39,258 nucleotides of DNA. Origin: Eledone cirrhosa. Lineage: Eukaryota. The notes beneath the pieces were generated by a model. It did no database searches, had not been told where the DNA came from, and saw only the letters and a program-made list of their open reading frames with translations. Position numbers and translations under genes: made by a program. Location: assembly GCA_964016885.1 (NCBI GenBank), contig CAXHJY010001177.1, forward strand, positions 1 through 39,258, in the 5' to 3' direction. Each line of letters opens with the position of its first letter. Position 1 is the first letter of the stretch. Of this stretch, positions 1 through 11,985 are shown piece by piece.

Positions 1-384
1 GGGGGGGTAAAGCTTTCAGTGTGCTACTACCCTCACGGTCAAATAGAAAGGGAGAGGAAGAAAAGTCAGCGTTAATATCGTGCTACACGTTTGAAAGGTT
101 GGATGACCTTAGAGTTCACCAGGGTGGGGGGTTCTAAAAGTATCTATCTTGGTATTTTATCTTAGAAGTAATCATTACAGAGTGTACTGGGTGTATTTTA
201 GTGGGCAGTAATTCCATAAAGAACACAGTATAATCTGTGGACACAAGCCTTGCAGTGTGATTACAGGCAGGTTAATGGGAAAGATAGATTATATATGTGA
301 CATGATGTACATGAGAAGTGAGGACACAGACCACACATGAAATAGATTCCTACAACTGTCAGGGAGGCTCCCTAGAATTACAGA

Positions 385-1048
385 TGACATATTTCAATAT
401 CTCGGTGATCAAGTTAGCAGTGGAGGAAGAATCTCTAAAAGTGTAATACCCAGGATAAGGACAGGCTGGAAGAAGTTTAGAGTACTGTTCCATCTGTTGA
501 CAACAAAGGGCTTCTCTCTCAGAATGGAGGCTAGACTGCTTGATACTTATGTGTGGTCTGCAATCTACACCCCAGCCATGCCCCTTCCACTACCACTCCT
601 TAGCTATTTCTCTCCATTAATACTCCTCACATTTCAAGCAGTTTTCTCATCTCAATGAAAGAAAAATATTGGGCTCAAGAGAAGTCTTCAGTTATGCCAT
701 GGTGTGGCAACCTCCCTAGGGTTGGGCAGAGTGTAAATGAGAGTGAAATTAGGTATGAGAGGGATCATATGCAGTATACAAGAGAGTAGATTACATTGGT
801 ATGGTCATGTGATGGGTATAAAGGATGACAGCTGTATAAAAATGTGCTGGGCAATCAAAGTTGATGGAAGTTATGAAGGCGGAAGACCCAGGATGACCTG
901 GGATGAGGTGATAAAAGATGACTTTGCACAATTGCAACTCTCAAAGACAATGACACAGGATAGAGATCTTGAGATGTATGCAGCAATACAGAAGGCCTGC
1001 TTTCCAATGTGCACGGACTCAAACATACATCTAGTAGGCCCCTCCTAA
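385..1048 (+). mobile_element. Decayed RTE-type LINE, C-terminal part of RT ORF
   Basis: Translates as FQYLGDQVSSGG...RIRTGWKKFRVL...LLTTKG (about 392-510) and ORF 737-1048 RLHWYGHV...GRPRMTWDEVIKDD, typical RTE C-terminal motifs; interrupted between the two parts. Confidence 0.8.
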
Positions 1049-1094
1049 CCACTATACTCCTTTCCAAACTCCCACACTCCCACTTCTGTACACA

Positions 1095-1670
1095 CCACCT
1101 TTAGACTGTAAAGTGGTAGTGTACAAGTCACAACAAAAGCACCCAGTCCACTCTGTAAAGTTGATGTGTTGGTGTCATAACAAAAGGCACTCAGTCCACT
1201 CTGTAAAGAGGTTGTGTAAGTGTCACAACAAAGACATCTAGTCCACACTGTAAAGTGGTCATGTAGGTGTCACAACAAAAAGTACCAGTCATTATTGTAA
1301 AGTGGTTGTATAGGTGTCATAACAAAAAGCACCCAGTCGACACTGTAAAGTGGTTGTGTAGGTGTCAGAACCAAAAGCACCCAGTCCACCCTGTAAAGTG
1401 GTTGTGTAGGTGTCATGATAAAAAGCACCCAGTCCACACAGTAAAGTGGTCATGTAGGTGTCACTAAAAAAGCACCCAGTCTACTCTGTAAAGTGGTCAT
1501 GTAGGTGTCATGACAAATAGCACCCAGTCCACCCTGTAAAGTGTTCATGTAGGTGTCATGATGGAGAGTAACCAGTCCACAATGTAAAGTAGCCATGTAG
1601 CTGTCACAACAAAGCACCCAGTCCACACTGTAAAGTGGTCATGTAGGTGTCATTTCAAAAAGCACCCAGG
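1095..1670. repeat. ~48-bp minisatellite, about 12 diverged copies
   Basis: Recurring CACCCAGTCCAC(A/T/C)CTGTAAAGTGGT(T/C)(G/A)TGTAGGTGTCA...AAAAG; period 48 (1141 to 1189). Confidence 0.9.
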
Positions 1671-1748
1671 TCCATGGCTTGGCCTGCTAACCGACGCTAT
1701 ACCCAAGTCGGTCGCCATGCTTTCCAGCATAGAGTTACGTCTCTTTAT

Positions 1749-1868
1749 GGTCTGAGTTCAAATCACGCCGAGGTTAACTTTGCCTTTCATCCTTACGGGG
1801 TCGATAAAATAAAGCACCAGTAATGTACTGGGGTCGATTTAATCGACTTTCCCCTCCTCTGCCAAATG
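1749..1868 (+). mobile_element. SINE fragment with B-box and Meta/MESC-like core
   Basis: GAGTTCAAATC B-box-like motif followed by CCGAGGTTAACTTTGCCTTTCATCCTTACGGGGTCGATAAAATAAAGCACCAG; related copies near 13.3, 16.7, 28.6 and 28.9 kb. Confidence 0.75.
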
Positions 1869-1899
1869 ACACACACATGCATGGTTCGGGGGAACCTAC

Positions 1900-1947
<48 letters not shown>

Positions 1948-2826
1948 GTAGGTCACTGGTTGAGTCGGTATTAACCACAGTAACTAAGGTACTCAATACA
2001 TATTAGATATAGGTGTCTTTCTAATTGCTGGCCTTGTTCATAAGGTATACACAAGTATGATGTGTGTCTGTTTAACTGTACGTGTGAAAACATCGCGAAA
2101 TTGCGCCTTTTAATATTTGAATATAAACAGTTAAAAAATAATTATTTTAGTAATTTTTAAATATCGATAATGTGTATATAAATATTAGAAATCAATTTAA
2201 TTAGTTCAGTAACATTACTCGGAGTTAAGATAAACCTTCATTTGAAGAAATTCGAGATTTGACCAAATAAATAGATTATGTGATCAATAAAAAAAATATG
2301 TATACGCGCTTGAACGACGGGTTGCAGACAGTCAGGCATACAGACACATATTTTAAAGCGTGCGACGTTAAAAGTGTTACTCTCTCTCTTTTTAGATAGA
2401 TAGACTTAATTAAAGCAGTTTCACTCTCTCTATATTTCATCAGCTCCCTCTCTCTTAAATTGAAAGATTCATTAAGGCTGAAATAATCTAAACAGTAACA
2501 TCATGTTTCGCCAGCTCTAGCTTGCGTCCAGAGATATACACACACATATATATATATTTTTTTTGTTATCGAGTTGAGCTTTGCCAAGCATAGAATTCCA
2601 AATTTGACCATCTCCACTGAAAATGTTCGTGAAATAGTCTTTAAGAAGCAATTTAATTTTTTCCAACTGAAACTGTAAGTATTTTAAAATTTATTTCAAC
2701 ATGGTCTTAAAAGATTGTTGGCTTTTTTTAAATTCATAACTATTTACTATGAAATATAAATTATTAAATCCAATTTATTTGATAACCATGATTTGATTTT
2801 ATAATTACCTGAATCACGTTAACATG

Positions 2827-2871
<45 letters not shown>

Positions 2872-2943
2872 GTGTGTGTATATATATATATATATAATAA
2901 TTGTTTCTACGTTACGCAGTGTATTACTGGTACTGTATTTTAC

Positions 2944-3025
2944 GATATTAAATATTAAATATTAACTATTAGATATTAGATATTAAATATTAAATATTAG
3001 ATATTAGATATTAAATATTAAATAT
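2944..3025. repeat. 7-bp tandem repeat ATATTA(A/G)
   Basis: Visible repeats of ATATTAA/ATATTAG. Confidence 0.85.
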
Positions 3026-3095
3026 GATATCCCTGAAATATATATAATGAAATAAATATGGTTTTATAAATGTAATTTCCATTTGTTTAATATCA

Positions 3096-3270
<175 letters not shown>

Positions 3271-3457
3271 ACAATTAAGACTTGACGTGTTGCAGACAGC
3301 CAGACATACAGAGAGATATTTTAAAGCGTGCGACCTTACATTTCTTACTCTTTCTCTTATCAAAAGAGAAAGAGTAATGCTAACACTTACGTCTACTTCA
3401 CGCTCTCTTGAACCGTTACAGAAATTGCATCACATCTAATTATAACTTTGTACGTTT

Positions 3458-4070
<613 letters not shown>

Positions 4071-4217
4071 ATAATAATAATAATAATGAAATGATTGTGT
4101 ACAGTGCTCAGGTGCACTACAACTCATCAAAGGTGCATGTATAGTACATAGAATAATGTACAAATGTCAGGAAAATAAACAGTGCACACATGTGTGCATG
4201 TGTATGGAAGGGGCACA

Positions 4218-6983
4218 TCAGGTGTAGTTTTGGCGTATTTCGGGAAGCATGAGTGTCTTAAAGGATGCAGTGTCTCGGCAGCTAACAATTGACGCAGGCA
4301 GTTTGTTCCATGTTTCAGCAACTCTGAGCGTGAAAAAATGTCTGCGAAAGTCATGGGAGCTGTGCTGTTTTCTTATCTTGTAGGCATGTCCACGTGTGTT
4401 AGACACATGGAGATCAAAGAGGCGCTCAGGGTTGCAGTTGGCGAGATGGTTAAAAACTTTGTGGGTATTCACCAAGTCCACTGCCAGATGTCGGAGCTTC
4501 AATGAATCCATGCCCAGGGAAGCAAGGCGTTCAGAGTATGGTAGGTGTCTGATGGAGGGTATGCGCTTGGTTGCACGTCTCTGAACAGCTTCCAGGAGGT
4601 CAATGTTCCGAGCAAGATAGGGGTTCCAGACTGATGATGCGAATTCCAAGTGTGGTCGCACCATAGCTGTATACAGTTTTAAATAGATGGCTGGAGAGCG
4701 GCTAACAAAGGTCTTGCTGAGTGATGCCAAGACACCCTCGGCTTTCTTGACAATCTTAGAGACATGCTTTGTCCAACGCAAATCGTTGCCGACAGTAATG
4801 CCCAGGTCACGTTCACAAGAGGACTTTTTGATGTCAGTGTTGTGGAGGGAGTATGTGGACGCTGGATTTTTCCTTCCAAAATGCATGGTGGTACACTTGT
4901 CCACAGCCAGCTTCAGTTGCCAGTCTGTGATCCATTGCTGCATTGTGTCCAGGTCTGATTTTAGGAAAGAGTTGTAAATTTCAGGATCAGTCCTTTTGAT
5001 TTCAAGGTACAGCTTGATGTCATCTGCATATTTTAGTACCGTGGCATTCTGTAAGTTGGCATCTATGTCATTAATATATGCCACAAACAAAAGAGGACCA
5101 AGAACAGATCCCTGTGGTACACCAGATGACATCTCATATGGTGAAGAATGCTGTCCTAGAACCGTGACTACTTTCCTTCGGCTGAGAATGAAGGATTTCA
5201 GCCAGTCGAAAAGATCATCCCTCACACCCATTGCAGAGAGTTTTGCCATAAGTCTTTTGTGTGGCACAGAATTAAAAGCCTTAGCAAAGTCAAGGTAAAC
5301 AACATCCACCCATGAGCCGCTGTCAGTGATCCGGGTGATGTCCTCAAGGAACTCGATAAGCTGATCACAGCAGCTGGAGTTAGGGATAAATCCAAACTGT
5401 GAGGGCCGGATGAGGCTGTGAGAGCTCCAGAAGTTCCAAAGTGTTTCTCTGACACAGGATTCCATCAGTTTGGCCATACAGCTAGTAAGACTGACTGGAC
5501 GATAGTTGACAGGTGACATGCGGTTGCCCTTTTTGAACAGGGGAATGACACTGGCAGTTTTCCACTGCTCCGGAGTAGCACCATTGCTGAGACAGTATTG
5601 AAAGAAAAAAGAAAGCTGGCGCAAAAGGAAATCCCCGCCACGTTTGAGAAGCAGGTATGTCACACCATCAAGACCAGGGGAGGCATAGTTGCGCTTATTC
5701 TTAAGGTGACGTCGCAACATTGCAGGTGTAAATTCCATAGTTGTTATGGAATTTGATGTTAGAGATGGTGGAGATGGTACATTCTGGTTTTCAACAGTAA
5801 AAATACTTGCATAGCACTCAGCAATGAGTTCTGCGCATTCCTTGGGATCGTCAGTGATCTGGCTTGTGTGGGGATTGCGAAGAGGACCAACTGGAGAGTG
5901 AGGTCTCTGCTTTGAATGAACATATTTCCAGAACACCTTACTGTCAGGATTGGTTGCGATGCACTGTTCAAATTCAAGCACTGCCTTCTTTGTCACTTGC
6001 TTGAGATGGTTAGAAGATTTATTCCGCTTTTTTCTGTTGGCATCTGATCTATGCAGTTTATATTCCCGTTCAGCGTTCCGACGTTCTTTCCTGGCAAGTC
6101 GGACTGCTGAAGTTTCCCAGATTGCACTTTTGGGGTGGTTATTTTTCCGCTTCCGTGGCACTGATGCTGCACACGCTATCCATATTGAGTCCAGGATGCT
6201 CTGGAGTATAGAGTTCACATCTCCAGAGTTATACATCTCATGCCAGTTTGGGCGCTGTAGCTCAGTGCAGTACAAGTTCCAATCCGCCCTCTTCCAATCA
6301 AAGCAAGCAGATTGGAGATGGCTCTGGTTTTTGTTGCTGCCCTCAAGTGCCAGATTGGCAATGATCATAGCATGATCAGAGTCGCCTAGAGGTTCCTCAG
6401 TAGTACAACTGATAACCACTTCAGGAGTAGTGGTGAAGATCAGGTCCAAAGTGTTGTCACCTCTTGTTGGAGAGGTGACTACTTGTGACCAGTTTGAGTC
6501 CAGCACTAGTTCAAGGAAATCGTTTGCACCCTGTGGCCAACGAAAGGTTTCCCAATCGATCTCAGGATGATTGAAGTCACCTGCAATAAACACATAAGTG
6601 GCTGTTTTCTTGGCAGCAACTCTGAGGATATCGCAAAGCTGTGTGTCCTGATGGTAGTTTGGGGGGCGATAAACAACACCAAGCAGAAGTGTTGACATGG
6701 TCATACGTATGTCACAGAAAAAAACTTCTTCCTGTGATTCGTTCAAATCAACGCAAGGAATTACCGAAAAGTTTGAACGAACGTAGACCATCACACCACC
6801 ACCACGGCGGTTAATGCGGTCCTTGCGGAAAAGGTTGTACCCAGTAATGGTGAAAACCCCATCACAGAGTAAGGAATGTGCCCATGTTTCCGTGACTGTG
6901 ATGAAGTCAGGGTCGATGCTTCTGACGTAGGATTCGAACAGATGTATCTTGTTGCATAAACTGCGAGCATTTAAGGACAACAA
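4218..6983 (-). CDS. LINE ORF2p: APE endonuclease + reverse transcriptase (CR1-like)
   Basis: 921 codons without a stop; LSLNARSL, TETW, GGGV, VVYRPP, GDFNHP, LDLIFT, SDH (APE); YRPVSLTS, YLDFAKAF, SGVPQGSVLGPLLF, YADD (RT); VRPHLEFASSVWNPY, TRGH, FFTLRVAETWNKLP (CR1-like C-terminus). The listed start is TTG, not ATG. Confidence 0.95.
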   Translation of the reverse strand: MLSLNARSLCNKIHLFESYVRSIDPDFITVTETWAHSLLCDGVFTITGYNLFRKDRINRRGGGVMVYVRSNFSVIPCVDLNESQEEVFFCDIRMTMSTLLLGVVYRPPNYHQDTQLCDILRVAAKKTATYVFIAGDFNHPEIDWETFRWPQGANDFLELVLDSNWSQVVTSPTRGDNTLDLIFTTTPEVVISCTTEEPLGDSDHAMIIANLALEGSNKNQSHLQSACFDWKRADWNLYCTELQRPNWHEMYNSGDVNSILQSILDSIWIACAASVPRKRKNNHPKSAIWETSAVRLARKERRNAEREYKLHRSDANRKKRNKSSNHLKQVTKKAVLEFEQCIATNPDSKVFWKYVHSKQRPHSPVGPLRNPHTSQITDDPKECAELIAECYASIFTVENQNVPSPPSLTSNSITTMEFTPAMLRRHLKNKRNYASPGLDGVTYLLLKRGGDFLLRQLSFFFQYCLSNGATPEQWKTASVIPLFKKGNRMSPVNYRPVSLTSCMAKLMESCVRETLWNFWSSHSLIRPSQFGFIPNSSCCDQLIEFLEDITRITDSGSWVDVVYLDFAKAFNSVPHKRLMAKLSAMGVRDDLFDWLKSFILSRRKVVTVLGQHSSPYEMSSGVPQGSVLGPLLFVAYINDIDANLQNATVLKYADDIKLYLEIKRTDPEIYNSFLKSDLDTMQQWITDWQLKLAVDKCTTMHFGRKNPASTYSLHNTDIKKSSCERDLGITVGNDLRWTKHVSKIVKKAEGVLASLSKTFVSRSPAIYLKLYTAMVRPHLEFASSVWNPYLARNIDLLEAVQRRATKRIPSIRHLPYSERLASLGMDSLKLRHLAVDLVNTHKVFNHLANCNPERLFDLHVSNTRGHAYKIRKQHSSHDFRRHFFTLRVAETWNKLPASIVSCRDTASFKTLMLPEIRQNYT

Positions 6984-7039
6984 TTTGTACCCTGCTCGCA
7001 GTCTATGATGGTGTGTAGAGGGTGGCAGGTTGTTCTGGT

Positions 7040-7195
7040 TTAGTTTCCCAGAGTTGTAGCAGTTTTTACATTGCCAGTTATTGTGGGTAGATCACACTCA
7101 GACCAGCTGGTATCTCTCTTCCACGTTTCACCCGCCTTGACAAACCTCCAGATCTGCCCATCATCACGCAGACTGAAACTTTCATCTTGTGCTGT
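7040..7195 (-). pseudogene. Probable C-terminal remnant of LINE ORF1
   Basis: Open frame [20 protein letters not shown]...TATTLGN* ending GGA AAC TAA and overlapping the upstream extension of the ORF2 frame; assignment is positional. Confidence 0.6.
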
Positions 7196-7261
7196 ATATA
7201 TATATATATATATACACACGTGTGTGTGTATTTATGTATATATATATATATACACACACAC

Positions 7262-7303
<42 letters not shown>

Positions 7304-7418
7304 GTGTGTGTGTGTATATATATTTATATATATATACACACACGTGTGTGTATATATATATATATATATACACGTGTGTGTGTATTTATATATATATATA
7401 TATACACACACACGTGTG

Positions 7419-7449
<31 letters not shown>

Positions 7450-7469
7450 GTGTGTGTATATATATATAT
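7194..7469. repeat. Compound palindromic microsatellite, continuation of 3458-4070
   Basis: Same (TA)n(CA)nCG(TG)n pattern. Confidence 0.95.
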
Positions 7470-7837
7470 CTGTCTCTCTCCCTGTCTCTCACTCTCCCTC
7501 TATCCCCCCTCTCTCTCTCTGTCTCTCCCCCCCCCTCTCTCTCTCTCTAGTAGTAGAGAGAGACAAAGAGAGAGAGATATAAACGTATAACCCTAACCAA
7601 ACCCTAACCCAACCCTAACCCCAACCCTAACCCTAACCTAACCCTAACCCATCTCTCTCTCTCTCTCACCCCCTCTCTCTCTCTCTAGTAGTAGAGAGAG
7701 AGACAAAGAGAGAGAGAGATATAAACGTATAACCCTAACCCAACCCTAACCTCTCTCTCTCTTCTCTCTCTCTCTCTCCCCTCTCTCTCTCTATTCCCCC
7801 CTCTCTATTTCCCCCCCCCCCCTCTCTCTCTAGTAGT

Positions 7838-7868
<31 letters not shown>

Positions 7869-7952
7869 TATAAACGTATAACCCTAACCCAACCCTAACC
7901 CTAACCCAACCCCAACCCTAACCCATCTCTCTCTCTCTCTCTCTCTCTCTCT
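7470..7952. repeat. Three units of (CT)n-AGTAGT-(AG)n-TATAAACGTAT-(AACCCT)n
   Basis: CTCTAGTAGTAGAGAG centres near 7550, 7690 and 7835, each followed by telomere-like CCCTAA variants. Confidence 0.85.
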
Positions 7953-8089
7953 TTGTTTTTAACATTGTTTTGTTTTTCTTTTCTTTTCTTATTCAGATGA
8001 CAAACGGCAGAGGATACAACAGAAGAAAAGAACAAAGATAATTATTATTATTATTACTATTATTATTTGTTTTATTATAATCAAAATAT

Positions 8090-8675
8090 GCTGTTAGTTA
8101 GATCTGCATTGCGTACATTTTATATAATTTATGCCAGTTCCTTTTCTGCATATCGAACATGGCCATTTCCCTGACGGAATAGAGTTTTGTCCTCTTTCGT
8201 GACACAAAGTACAGCCAGCGGCATCATTGCGGACAGACTTAATCCCGAATTGCACTGACACACTGCCTCGCAATACGGAACACCGCACGTCTTTGATCTT
8301 CTTCCCGTCGATCAGCCTCCTTGCCATGCTAAGTACACCTGACGTCTAGCTTCTCTCTTAGCGGCGGCTTTATATTCTTCTCTACTCCCACTAATTTTCC
8401 AAGCATTCCATGCTAGCCTTTAGTCTCCAATGGCCCGATCTACCGTGCTGTCCCACCACCATGTCACTCTCTGTCTGGTTGGAACTCTGATCCAGCCACA
8501 AGTTTAATCAGTAGCCTGCAATAAGTTGTCACATAAGAAAATCGAGTTCTCATGTATGTCATACGACTGTGAATCGTCTTCTTTTTCGTCATACACATAT
8601 TGAAGGGCTTTCCTAAATTTCTATTTTAGTGAAATCTCTTTTAGCTTCCAGACCTTTCTTTTTTCCACATCTTCC
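8090..8675 (-). mobile_element. Rearranged RTE-type LINE fragments
   Basis: ORF 8094-8327 contains GKWPCSICRKG..CTQC; 8330-8600 is the reverse complement of sequence like the RTE piece at 36270-36540. Confidence 0.75.
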
Positions 8676-9529
8676 TGTATGTCTCAATCATACCTGGAGC
8701 TGTCCAACATGACCATTGAAATCCCCTGCTAGCATAACGATGTCTCCGTCCTGTCATTGTGGCTGTTTGTAAAAATTGCTTGTAAATGAAGTCTTTCTTT
8801 TCTTTACCTAGCAGAAGCAATTAACACTAACCCAACTGTAACACTAACCCTAACACTAACTTATGCAGGCCTAGGTAAAGACAAGAAAGATAAAACAAGG
8901 AGTGATGCTTCTTGAATTTTGTGATGCAAGTGTTTTAACCATTTGCAAAACCAACTTCCACAAACCTGCCTCACTGCCGCCTAATAACCTACAAATCAGG
9001 CAAGCACAGAAGCCGGATTTCTCGGTAGTTAGGCAGCGAGACAGACAGATGGGGTGTGAAGTACCAGGGTGTGCCCCGGGGAGGAATGTTTCCCACAGCG
9101 TGGGTTGGTTGTTGGTGATGTCTCGGTTATCTTGAGACGGAGTGAGACGTGCAGGAATACTCTCACGGAATCGCCAAATGAGGTTTATTTTTCAACATAG
9201 TCCCTGGAATGAAACAATGTGGTTATTAAGAAGAATTGAAATTAATGTAAGATTTCACAGATCTATGATCAATCCTTCACAGTCAGCTTACAAAGTTTTC
9301 AGCCAAACCTTGTGTATTTCCAACATTTCAAACCCTATCTAGGACTACATTATCTAATGTACAGTACAGTAGTTAGTATTAGTGGCTATCAGACATAGTG
9401 TATCTAAATGCAACATTTTTAACATTGTTTTTTTTTTCTTTTCTTTTCTTTTCTTATTCAGATGACAGACGGCAGAGGATACAATAGAAGAAAAGAACAA
9501 TGATAATTATTATTATTATTATTGTTGTT

Positions 9530-9926
9530 ATTCCTTGAATCTCAGTCATTGATGTTGGTTAACTGGAAAGTCCGTTGGAATGAATATCAAGCCACTACCT
9601 GCAGCCTCAGATATTCAGGACGTATCGGAGGGTTCTTGCTGTTCCAAGCAAGCATGCCTTTTGAAGCGTTCCAAAAAGCGTGAAGGGGCCGATTTTCTTT
9701 AACCATCCCTGGAAACTTTTGGAGATGGACAAAAAACTGGAACACAATAGACCTGACCTGGTGGTTGTGGACAAAGAAAAAAGATCGTGTCTGATTGTGG
9801 ATGTGGCCTGCCCGTTCAACACGAGAGTGCAAGAGAAGGAGAGGGAGAAAATTAACCGATACCAGGACCTAAAGTGGGAGGTGAAAAGGATTTGGAACTG
9901 CCATGAAGTCAAAGTGATCCCGATTG
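9530..9926 (-). mobile_element. R4/Dong-like non-LTR retrotransposon 3' end (restriction-like endonuclease) with 5' inversion
   Basis: Plus strand HNRPDLVVVDK...IVDVACP...EKINRYQDL...VKVIPI; minus strand ISKSFQGWLKKIG...LQKACLLGTARTLRYVLNI*; flanked by (TTA)n on both sides. Confidence 0.8.
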
Positions 9927-9967
<41 letters not shown>

Positions 9968-9989
9968 TATTATTTGTTTTATTATAATC

Positions 9990-10520
9990 AAAATATGCTG
10001 TTAGTTAGATCTGCATTGTGTACATTTTATATAATTTATGCCAGTTCCTTTTCTACATATCGAACATGGCCATTTCCCTGACGGAATAGAGTTTTGTCCT
10101 CTTTTCTACTCATCAACACTCATTCGTGACACAAAGTACAGCCAGCGGCATCATTGCGGACAGACTTAATCCTGATTTGCACTGACACACTGCCTCGCAA
10201 TACGGAACACCGCACGTCTTTGATCTTCTTCCCGTCGATCAGCCTCCTTGCCATGCAAAGTACACCTGACGTCTAGCTTCTCTCTTAGCGGCGGCGGCTG
10301 TATATTCTTCTCTACTCCCACTAATTTTCCAAGCATTCCATGCTAGTCTTTAGTCTCCAATGGCCCGATCTACAGTTTCTGTCTCAACTCGTCTATGCTT
10401 GGTCGTTCCCGCACATTGACATTGCACATCCAACGGAGCATGCTTGCTTCATTTCTCTCCAGCCGTCGCATGTCCTCTGCAGTTGCTGCCCGTGTCTCAC
10501 TACCATGCAGCATCGCGCAT
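9990..10520 (-). mobile_element. RTE-type fragments, partly a duplicate of 8090-8442
   Basis: Near identity to 8090-8442; then AMLHGSET...MRRLERNEASMLRWMCNV (ORF 10370-10666). Confidence 0.8.
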
Positions 10521-10554
10521 CTAAACCTGGCCCTTACCCTAACCCCAACCTCTT

Positions 10555-11400
10555 TGGTTTTCGTTTTCTCGACGGCTAGCCGCATTTCGTGATCCGCCTT
10601 TCGATTGCGCTTCCGTCGCGGCAAAAGAATTGCCTTTCCAGACCGCCGTCGCCCGACCGGACCCATGATAGAAGACGTTCGTTACCGTTGGAGCAACGCA
10701 AATTACTCCTCGGTTGACGCCAAAAACGAACGCCTTCCCGCCTCGCGCCGCCTTCTCCTCGCCGACCCTCAGCCTCGACGATTAGCCACTTTCCGTCACA
10801 GCAGTAGATACGCGTCCGTCGTAATAGCCGTCATTTTAACGCAGGAGAAACGCCTAATTGCCCTGCACCGCGTTTGACGGCGATCTACGACGGCGACGAT
10901 GCGCGCACTCTTCCTTGCTGCGACGAAGGTTTCGGCTTTTCGTCGTGGACCCGGTCAGGTCATGCCGCTGACCTCGCGTTACGGCGACGCGAGAAGACGT
11001 TCGTTACCGCTGGAGCAACGCAAATTACTCCTCGGTTGACGCCAAAAACGAACGCCTCGCGCCGCCGCTTCCTCCTCGGCCTCGACGATTAGCCGCTTTC
11101 CGTCACAGCAGTAGATACGCGTCCATCGTAATAGCCGTCATTTTAACGCAGGAGAAACGCCTTGACGACGATATACGACGGGTCGACGACGCGCGCACTC
11201 TTTCTGCTGCGACGAAGGTTTTGGCTTTTCGTTGTGGACCCGGTCGGGTCATGCCTCTGACCTCGCGTTGCGTCGCCACCGCCGCGGCGGGCTTGGGTTT
11301 AGCCGTAGCTACCCTCGTTTTGCCAACGGCGACGCGAGAAGACGTTCGTTACCGCTGGAGCAACGCAAATTACTCCTCGGATGAGGCCAAAAACGAACGC
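10555..11400 (+). repeat. Orphan copy of the CpG-rich spacer/ETS-like sequence
   Basis: Matches the 172-bp unit and the 19133-19450 leader; three copies of AGAAGACGTTCGTTACCG...AAAAACGAACGC; preceded by CCCTTACCCTAACCCCAACC. Confidence 0.85.
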
Positions 11401-11479
11401 TGAAGAGATATTGTCCATGGATATCGGGAATTTTACCCGCCCTAGATAGATAGATAGATAGGGATGTATGTATGTATGT

Positions 11480-11525
<46 letters not shown>

Positions 11526-11904
11526 GTATGTATCTTTCTCATTCTCTCTGTATGTATGTATGTATGTATATATATATAATTATATATTTATAGACATCCT
11601 GAAAGCTTTTTAAATGTCTGAGAGATTGGCTAAATATGTTTTGCAGGTATGACCAGTAAGAGAGAGGTAAGTTATTTCAAAACAATTCTTTGACCATTAT
11701 TTTAAGGTACTATCTCAGTGTATTTTTAAATTGACCTCTTGATAGGATGAAATGACCTGTATAATTTTTTTCATATTTAGATGGAATAGAAGAAAAACAA
11801 GAAAAATGAAATGAATTCAAACAGAAAATATACACCAATGCCAATGGAGGTATGATTTCAGTTTAATCTTAACCTAATGACCACTTTACAGAGTGTACTG
11901 GATA

Positions 11905-11985
<81 letters not shown>

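Larger units (their letters stand above)
4071..7195 (-). mobile_element. 5'-truncated CR1-type LINE (ORF1 tail, complete ORF2, short 3'UTR, (ATT)n tail)
   Basis: Endonuclease + RT ORF2; about 130-bp 3'UTR ending in (ATT)n at 4071-4087; embedded in the compound microsatellite on both sides. Confidence 0.9.

Noticed and set aside
11590-11860. Possible small host exons (CAG|GTAT, GAG|GTAAGT, GAG|GTATGA splice-like signals)
   Set aside because: No recognisable coding content; cannot be supported without RNA-seq.
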